Below, piece by piece: positions 59,173 to 64,000 of a stretch of DNA of 64,000 nucleotides (position 1 is its first letter; the number at the start of each line of letters is the position of its first letter). The translations under genes were made by a program, and so were the position numbers. The notes under the pieces are model-generated. The model did no database searches. It worked only from the letters and a program-made list of their open reading frames with translations, and had not been told where the DNA came from. Source of the DNA: a virus (Duplodnaviria > Caudoviricetes); IMG/VR virus record IMGVR_UViG_3300029305_003510, positions 166,856 to 230,855 of that record, one strand, 5' to 3'.

Positions 59173-60507
59173 TTTCAATCTATCAATTTCAACTGTTCCA
59201 GCATATCTTTTCTCTCTACCTTCGCGGATCAGATTGATCGGCTGCAGATTAAGATAAATATTCGCTGTATAAAGCTTATTCATCTTAGGATTCAACAACT
59301 CCAGTGTACCATCTTCATGGAGAATGATTCCCGTTTCGATCATAGATCCATTTGGGTAAACACGGAGATGAATCATATCAGCAATCTTTCCTCCCTGATC
59401 GATCCATTCTTTGATCACTGCATAGATATCTTTATCAAAATCAGCAATGAAAGGAAGGATATTAATTTTCGGATCATCGCCTTCCTGAACTTCAAGATCA
59501 ATTCTATTGGAAAGAGTGTAACCATTGATCTCTGTAGGCCAGTCCATATCCGCATAGATTGGAGAAATAAAGGTAACAGCTTCAGGATCTTCAGGAATCC
59601 CTTTATCAAATTTACCCACATATTCTTTTCGGGTCAAGAACAAAAATTCTGCAGGAAGATCGGCAGTCAGGATAAAGGAATCAACAATACGTGCACCCCA
59701 TTCAATCGCTTCACTGTTCTCAGTGGAATCAGCAGAAGGGAAGCTTGGAACTTCTACATGGATATTCAATTCCTGCTCAAAATAGAACTGACATTGTCCA
59801 TTGACTAAAACTCGTTTAGTGATTGGGTATCGAGAATGTTGATTGACAAAGGTCATAAACTCTTCTGATTTCCAATCAAGCCCATGGAAGTTAGCGATAT
59901 TCTGAATGTGCCTCATTGGAATCATGAATGGTACTCTTCGAGAGAGACTGAATCGAGAATTATGTCGAATATCCATAATCAGCTTATTCCGTGTATTTGC
60001 CTGCCGATTAGTCGATTCCTCCATGATCATAACGTCAAATTCAATTCGAATGCGATTTCGGCGATACCAAAGCTCAAGAAGATCTGTTTTCATAATCTCA
60101 AGAGAGTATAGAAGTTTGGCACCAATATGATCATTAAGAGGATCGATGAAGTTATAACGGTTCAACATATTCTGTGCGAATAGGGAGTCGTCTACAACTT
60201 CAGGCTGCCGTGGATCGATAACTAAGAATGGTTTATCTTGCTTATAGATAGCTTTCATAAAGCTTTTGAACTCTTTGAAACTTGACTGAGTTTTAATTCG
60301 AACCAACTTAAAATAGTCCGGTTCAAAGAAAGACTGAAACCATTCTGTAAATACAGCCACCATATTGGCTGTATTATACGAGAATTTCTGAATCTTTCTA
60401 TCGAAAACAATATCAGTGTCATCAGGTTTATCCTCAATTGGATAAACCCGGCCATTATTACCGTCATCAGGAATAAAATCTCCTGGAGCATAAATTCGTA
60501 GTGCCAT
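59170..60507 (-). CDS. Probable virion structural (neck/tail completion-like) protein
   Basis: ATG 60507 after AAGGAGG; about 445 aa, beta-rich; function is inferred. Confidence 0.45.
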   Translation of the reverse strand: MALRIYAPGDFIPDDGNNGRVYPIEDKPDDTDIVFDRKIQKFSYNTANMVAVFTEWFQSFFEPDYFKLVRIKTQSSFKEFKSFMKAIYKQDKPFLVIDPRQPEVVDDSLFAQNMLNRYNFIDPLNDHIGAKLLYSLEIMKTDLLELWYRRNRIRIEFDVMIMEESTNRQANTRNKLIMDIRHNSRFSLSRRVPFMIPMRHIQNIANFHGLDWKSEEFMTFVNQHSRYPITKRVLVNGQCQFYFEQELNIHVEVPSFPSADSTENSEAIEWGARIVDSFILTADLPAEFLFLTRKEYVGKFDKGIPEDPEAVTFISPIYADMDWPTEINGYTLSNRIDLEVQEGDDPKINILPFIADFDKDIYAVIKEWIDQGGKIADMIHLRVYPNGSMIETGIILHEDGTLELLNPKMNKLYTANIYLNLQPINLIREGREKRYAGTVEIDRLK

Positions 60508-60541
60508 AATAGTAAACCTCCTTATCTTTATATCTGTGTCC

Positions 60542-62047
60542 TCAACTATCTGTATCATAGATAGCGTCGAATAGCATGTCCCCGGAAGATCTCAATGCAC
60601 TCTTTGCTTTAGACTTCTTTCCAGGTTTACGACGTTTCTTAATATTAGCTGGGTGGAATGGATTATCATAATCATTATTATGATTAGCAAGAAAACTTTG
60701 AAATCCGGCCATCAGATAATATTCAGGATTATTCTTAACCCGTTCACGTTTATCAGCCTCCCAAGCTTCTCTCTTTGTAATCTTACGAGGCATAAGCTGC
60801 ACAAACCCATCCACATCCCGCAGAGTATTATCTTCTCGGATTTTAAGCTTAAAGAAACCATCTTCATCAAGGTTTGTCCAATCGATACAAAGGTCTCGGT
60901 AAGATTCGACAATTCCCTCTTGTTCAGCGATCATCTTTTGCGCTTTAGCATATGCATTTTTGGCTTTATCACTATTACCATGAATCGCATACGCATGCCA
61001 TGATTGAAGAGAATCTTTTACATTGTCAGTCGTAATGCGACCGTGCTTAATCATCTTTACTTGGCGCTTTGTTCTTTTCAACATTTTATTGATACTCTTA
61101 CTACGGATATATGTATTAACCTGATGTGTATTAGCATCATACACTACATGATATCCCAGGAAACAAACACCCTGAGCAAATGGATGAATATGAGTCTTTG
61201 GATTCAATTTCATGAGAAGAATATCTTCAACATATTTCTTAATTTCTTTATAGCAATACTCAAGATATTCTCGACTCTCATGAATCATATAGAAATCATC
61301 CATATAACGACCGTAGCACTTAATATGTAGTTTCTCTTTGATAAAATGATCGAGCACGTTTAAGTAATATACAGCAAGCCACTGAGATGTCTGAAATCCA
61401 ATACATAACCCTTTACCAGGCTTTTCTACATATGGATTGATATCAGCTGTACATGCATCGATTACCAGTCGAATTAGTCTTGATAATTTCTTATCTACTG
61501 GTAGATTCTTAACCATACTCCAACAGACTTCATGATCAATATTGTAGAAAAACTTTGTAATATCACATACTAGAACCCATCCCCTGTCGGTCCAGTCTAC
61601 ACTCTTTGCATGGATTCGCATAAATCGTTCCAATCTTTGTAGACCAAGATGTGTACCTTTCTTTGGCTGACTGGCATAGTTATCGTATATCATCTTATTA
61701 CCAAGAAGATGTCTCAATACATTCTTGGATAATAAGTCTTGTACAATTTTATCTTCAAATCCATCGGCAACAACTTCCCGTTCTTTTGGCTCATATACTT
61801 TGAAACGATTCAGATCACCAAATTCATATTTCTCACCACATAGCTTCTTATAAAGCTTACGAAGATTTTGATACATGTTCATATGATACTGAATCGTAGA
61901 AGTTCGATATATTTTACCCTTACGAACGTGTTTATATGATTTCAACAGATTCTGAAAAGTGACGACATCCTCAAATCGTATCACTTCACCATTCTTTAAT
62001 CGCTGAAGAGGAATCGGAACTTCCTCACGTTTTGAATATTTGCCCAT
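60542..62047 (-). CDS. DGR reverse transcriptase with a C-terminal extension
   Basis: KEREV, YASQPKKGTH, CDITKFF, GLCIGFQTSQ (DGR-type GxxxSQ), RYMDDF, FLGY. Confidence 0.95.
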   Translation of the reverse strand: MGKYSKREEVPIPLQRLKNGEVIRFEDVVTFQNLLKSYKHVRKGKIYRTSTIQYHMNMYQNLRKLYKKLCGEKYEFGDLNRFKVYEPKEREVVADGFEDKIVQDLLSKNVLRHLLGNKMIYDNYASQPKKGTHLGLQRLERFMRIHAKSVDWTDRGWVLVCDITKFFYNIDHEVCWSMVKNLPVDKKLSRLIRLVIDACTADINPYVEKPGKGLCIGFQTSQWLAVYYLNVLDHFIKEKLHIKCYGRYMDDFYMIHESREYLEYCYKEIKKYVEDILLMKLNPKTHIHPFAQGVCFLGYHVVYDANTHQVNTYIRSKSINKMLKRTKRQVKMIKHGRITTDNVKDSLQSWHAYAIHGNSDKAKNAYAKAQKMIAEQEGIVESYRDLCIDWTNLDEDGFFKLKIREDNTLRDVDGFVQLMPRKITKREAWEADKRERVKNNPEYYLMAGFQSFLANHNNDYDNPFHPANIKKRRKPGKKSKAKSALRSSGDMLFDAIYDTDS

Positions 62048-62321
62048 AGTATATTGATTCCTCCTTATAAGTCAATGCGGCAGTAAAAGTCCCTACCATC
62101 CCACACTAACACCGAGGTGTCAGGTAGGACGGTAAGAAACAACCACACATGGTACGCGTGGGCGGATAGAACCGTCCAGGTTTGCATGCATGTGCCAAGA
62201 GTTAATTCCCCGAACATATTTCAGCTCAGGAAGGATAAAGCTCCCTTCGATACTCAACCGATTTCGGTGTTCCGGCCGCCCCGGATAACACCTACTTTTT
62301 CTATAAGCACCGAATCAACCA

Positions 62322-62412
62322 GGGGCCGGAACCCATTAGAATTGCTGGGATTGTTGTTGTTGATGCTGCCGTCAGTATTCACGTTGTACACGTTACTAGA
62401 GCTGTTGGCGGT
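62322..62412 (-). repeat. DGR template repeat (TR)
   Basis: 91 bp with 10 AAY codons and 29 adenines on the minus strand; matches the VR at every non-A position. Confidence 0.95.
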
Positions 62413-62524
62413 TTTGTTGAGCCAAACCCTTTATAACCATGTTATCAGTTTCCAACCGCCAACTATACAGCATCAACAACGTATAAATATCACGAGCCCC
62501 TGGTTGATCAGACTATCTTGGTTA

Positions 62525-63505
62525 CTATTCATGCGATGGTACTTTATAAATCCCACGAAGATCTTCTGCACTGATATTAATTGGAGCCGAAATACAAGCT
62601 TCTTTCACAACAGCACTGCGATTAATCAAATCTGCTACGATATTATCAGAAGGATCATCACTTGTCTGTAAATCAAAAATACGATCGGCTACATAGTTAT
62701 TATAGTCCTCATCAGACATACCCATTTCACCGGCAAACATTCGCGGCAGAATAAAAGGCGTCTTTCGACGCTTCAAAACAAAGAATCCTTCACGATCATA
62801 CGCACTACCGTAATAATGTTGCTCAAGAGCTTTATGACGAAAACGATCATCGAAAATAGTTGTCAGAGAATCATCATTATCAAGACCATCGTCCTCATCA
62901 GCTATACTGAGATCGATATCAAACATATCAGGACTAATTTCGATCTTTTCAGTAGCTCTCTTTGTTTTATCCACAATTTTATTAACACTCTCGATAACAT
63001 CTTCTCCAGTGACAAGTTTCGGAGGCTGACCATTTAATACAAGTTCTTCCTCTTTACGTTTCATCTCACGGATCTCTTCTTTTCGTGTTGCTTTCTTAGC
63101 TGCACGGCGGGTGTTACGAGTCCAACGCTTAAAGGAATCTGTCGCTTCATCATACAAAGCAGCTAGATGTCCAGGGTTGTTAATTCGAACAATGCCCAGT
63201 GATATAACCATCAGTGCTTTCACATTCAAAAGATGCTGTAGTGCAGCATTTTGGAACTTGAGAACTCGCTCATAATCAGCAGGTGTGACAATACGTTTAT
63301 ATGCACCATTGTAAACATGACAACAGAGATCGATACAGTTATTTCTCAACGCACTACTTAAGGTATATCGATATGCTTTTGGGAACTGTTTCTCGTTACT
63401 TGTGATTTTGAAGATATATTCAGTCAACTTCTCGCAGGATATGACTACCGAAATACCAGATGGTTTCTTGTTGCTCATATATTTCGGTATAGACATAAAA
63501 TTCAC
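62525..63505 (-). CDS. avd: Avd-like DGR accessory protein (four-helix bundle) with a long C-terminal extension
   Basis: FPKAYRYTLSSALRN...R..FQNAAL..L...W pattern; lies between target and TR; 326 aa. Confidence 0.8.
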   Translation of the reverse strand: MNFMSIPKYMSNKKPSGISVVISCEKLTEYIFKITSNEKQFPKAYRYTLSSALRNNCIDLCCHVYNGAYKRIVTPADYERVLKFQNAALQHLLNVKALMVISLGIVRINNPGHLAALYDEATDSFKRWTRNTRRAAKKATRKEEIREMKRKEEELVLNGQPPKLVTGEDVIESVNKIVDKTKRATEKIEISPDMFDIDLSIADEDDGLDNDDSLTTIFDDRFRHKALEQHYYGSAYDREGFFVLKRRKTPFILPRMFAGEMGMSDEDYNNYVADRIFDLQTSDDPSDNIVADLINRSAVVKEACISAPINISAEDLRGIYKVPSHE

Positions 63506-63522
63506 GCTCCTTTAGTAAATTT

Positions 63523-63534
63523 TACTAAAGTGTT
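63523..63534 (-). promoter_or_regulatory. Late-type promoter AACA-N6-TA upstream of avd-TR-RT
   Basis: AACActttagTA upstream of the avd RBS. Confidence 0.55.
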
Positions 63535-63604
63535 ACAGTGGTGATCATTAAATAATAAATGAAAATTTTTTCGGCGGGCGCTCCGCGCATAAAAATAGTA
63601 AAAG

Positions 63605-63643
63605 ACGGTTCATCCCACATCAACTAAGAGTGGGATGAACCGT
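63605..63643 (-). terminator. Hairpin downstream of the DGR target (terminator and/or DGR recognition hairpin)
   Basis: Perfect 14-bp stem ACGGTTCATCCCAC/GTGGGATGAACCGT with an 11-nt loop; T tract on the minus strand. Confidence 0.65.
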
Positions 63644-63766
63644 AAATGTGTTTATATGTGTTATGCTATATTAGGCTTCTCTTCGCTGCAAAGTCCATTG
63701 TGATTGTCCTTTGGGCCAACCACGACTTTGCCACTCGATTCGCCTGTAAGAGTCGTTACACTCCTC

Positions 63767-64000
63767 TTACGATGCTGCTAAAGCAACATGGGGCCGGAAC
63801 CCAAGAGAAGTGCTGGGAGCGCTGCTGTAGACGCTGCCGTCAGTACGCACGTCGTACACGCCACCAGAGCTGCGGGCGGTAGCAAGCCACCACACTGTGG
63901 CGGTGCCGCTATAATTTGCCACTCTATTAGTAGCAGACATCGCATAGTACAAGAATGTGCTGGAAGCCTGAGTATACGTAGGAATCCAAATCTTATTAGA
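63767..64000 (-). CDS. DGR target protein (CLec-fold C-terminus), 5'-truncated by the window edge
   Basis: Frame open from 64000: SNKIWIPTY...VWWLATARSSGGVYDVRTDGSVYSSAPSTSLGFRPHVALAAS*. Confidence 0.9.
   Translation of the reverse strand, partial: SNKIWIPTYTQASSTFLYYAMSATNRVANYSGTATVWWLATARSSGGVYDVRTDGSVYSSAPSTSLGFRPHVALAAS
63790..63880 (-). repeat. DGR variable repeat (VR)
   Basis: Ungapped 91-bp match to the TR with 17 mismatches, all opposite TR adenines. Confidence 0.95.

Larger units (their letters stand above)
60542..64000 (-). mobile_element. Diversity-generating retroelement (target/VR - avd - TR - RT)
   Basis: All four components present in BPP-1-like order on the minus strand. 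Confidence 0.95.

Noticed and set aside
60542-62047. RT as a retron, group II intron or defence RT
   Set aside because: The GxxxSQ motif, adjacent avd and A-specific TR/VR pair identify a DGR
62117-62671. 184-aa plus-strand ORF over the TR
   Set aside because: Antisense to the TR and avd; the poly-Leu run simply mirrors AAC repeats
1-64000. CRISPR arrays, tRNAs, rRNAs, IS elements or an alternative genetic code
   Set aside because: No repeat-spacer array, cloverleaf or transposase noticed by eye (no scan run); long ORFs are intact under the standard code and all three stop codons are used

Overview
This 64-kb window looks like part of a phiKZ/AR9-related jumbo myophage, probably infecting a Firmicutes/Clostridia host (strong AGGAGG RBSs, CD1375-like and YdbC-like genes, standard code). 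It encodes tail sheath and tube, baseplate proteins, terminase, a family B DNA polymerase split into two divergent genes, three separate beta'-like RNA polymerase fragments, a GroEL-like chaperonin, an SF2 helicase, an SbcC/Rad50 ATPase, a DHH phosphoesterase and an Hfq-like protein. The RNAP catalytic DFDGD motif is interrupted by a 425-nt ORF-less group I intron that appears to end in A instead of G. The right end holds a diversity-generating retroelement (target/VR - avd - TR - RT, minus strand; the target gene runs past the window end). Its 91-bp TR and VR differ at 17 positions, all TR adenines. The RT and Avd carry long C-terminal extensions with a shared short motif ([DT]x[DE]GFxxLxxR) that also ends a PC4/YdbC-like protein elsewhere in the window. 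A late operon encodes a 1087-aa multi-enzyme protein whose domains are delimited by repeated putative prohead-protease sites. Two phage promoter classes can be read directly: TTTCCGATTT-N15-TATATA(C/T)TAT and AR9-like (A/G)ACA-N6-TA. All functional calls come from motif recognition by eye; no database search was run.
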